DNA of 64,000 bases, from NCBI GenBank assembly GCA_030265395.1, contig JARFYF010000002.1, positions 57,081,372-57,145,371 on the forward strand, written 5' to 3'. Origin of the DNA: Rhina ancylostomus (Eukaryota). Shown in pieces: positions 63,680-64,000 of the stretch. The notes beneath the pieces were generated by a model. That model searched no databases. It had not been told where the DNA came from and saw nothing but the letters and a program-made list of their open reading frames with translations. Position 1 is the stretch's first letter; the number at the start of each line of letters is the position of its first letter. The position numbers and the translations under genes were made by a program.

Positions 63680-64000
63680 ATACAAGAGGGCATGGCTTTA
63701 AATGATGGGTGGGAGGCTCAAGGGAAATATCAGAGGAAGGTTTTTTTAACCCAGAGCTTTTTATTCAAAAGCCAACACCCAGAGAGTGGTTGGGGCATGG
63801 AGTGCGCTACCTGGGGCAGTGGTGGAGGCAGGTACATTGGTCAAATTCAAGAGACTGCTAGATAAGCATATGGAGGAATTTAAAATAGAGGGTTATGTAG
63901 GAGGAAGGGGTTAGATAGTCTTAGCCGAGGTTTAAAGGTTGGCACAGCATTGTGGGCTGAAGGGCCTGTATTGTGCTGTATTGTTCTCTGATTCTATGAA
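63680..64000 (+). mobile_element. CR1 LINE 3' end
   Basis: RGHG...RGRFF.Q, W..LPG.VVEA region and tail gtgggctgaagggcctgtattgtgctgtattgttct. Confidence 0.85.

Noticed and set aside
60210-64000. Expected DTNB EEEQKQA microexon and AQATGSPH... exon
   Set aside because: No matching sequence with splice sites was found by eye; they probably lie downstream of the window.

Overview
AT-rich vertebrate genomic DNA with many N gaps. The repeat content (CR1 LINEs, HE1/V-SINE-like tRNA SINEs, Penelope-like elements, Rex1-like and L2-type LINE remnants) points to a cartilaginous fish, probably a ray or shark. The whole window lies inside one + strand gene, beta-dystrobrevin (DTNB). Six coding exons with canonical AG/GT boundaries and consistent phases can be read directly: 9454-9540, 31214-31303, 38397-38484, 46613-46698, 50524-50637 and 60113-60209. 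They encode the two syntrophin-binding segments and the dystrophin/utrophin-binding coiled coils. The 5' exons (EF-hand/ZZ) and the canonical C-terminal exons are outside the window. Most ORFs in the supplied track are noise or run through gaps. I found no evidence for a wholly new multi-gene system. The most interesting signals are candidate unannotated DTNB exons that fit the reading frame: an alternative terminal exon (61226-61396), an internal first exon (ATG 8486, donor 8509) and a 138-nt cassette (10716-10853). Also notable are two NAGNAG acceptors, a 150-nt AG-free zone before the alternative syntrophin-binding exon, and several local templated duplications or inversions. All homology calls are from remembered family motifs, not database searches, and repeat boundaries are approximate.
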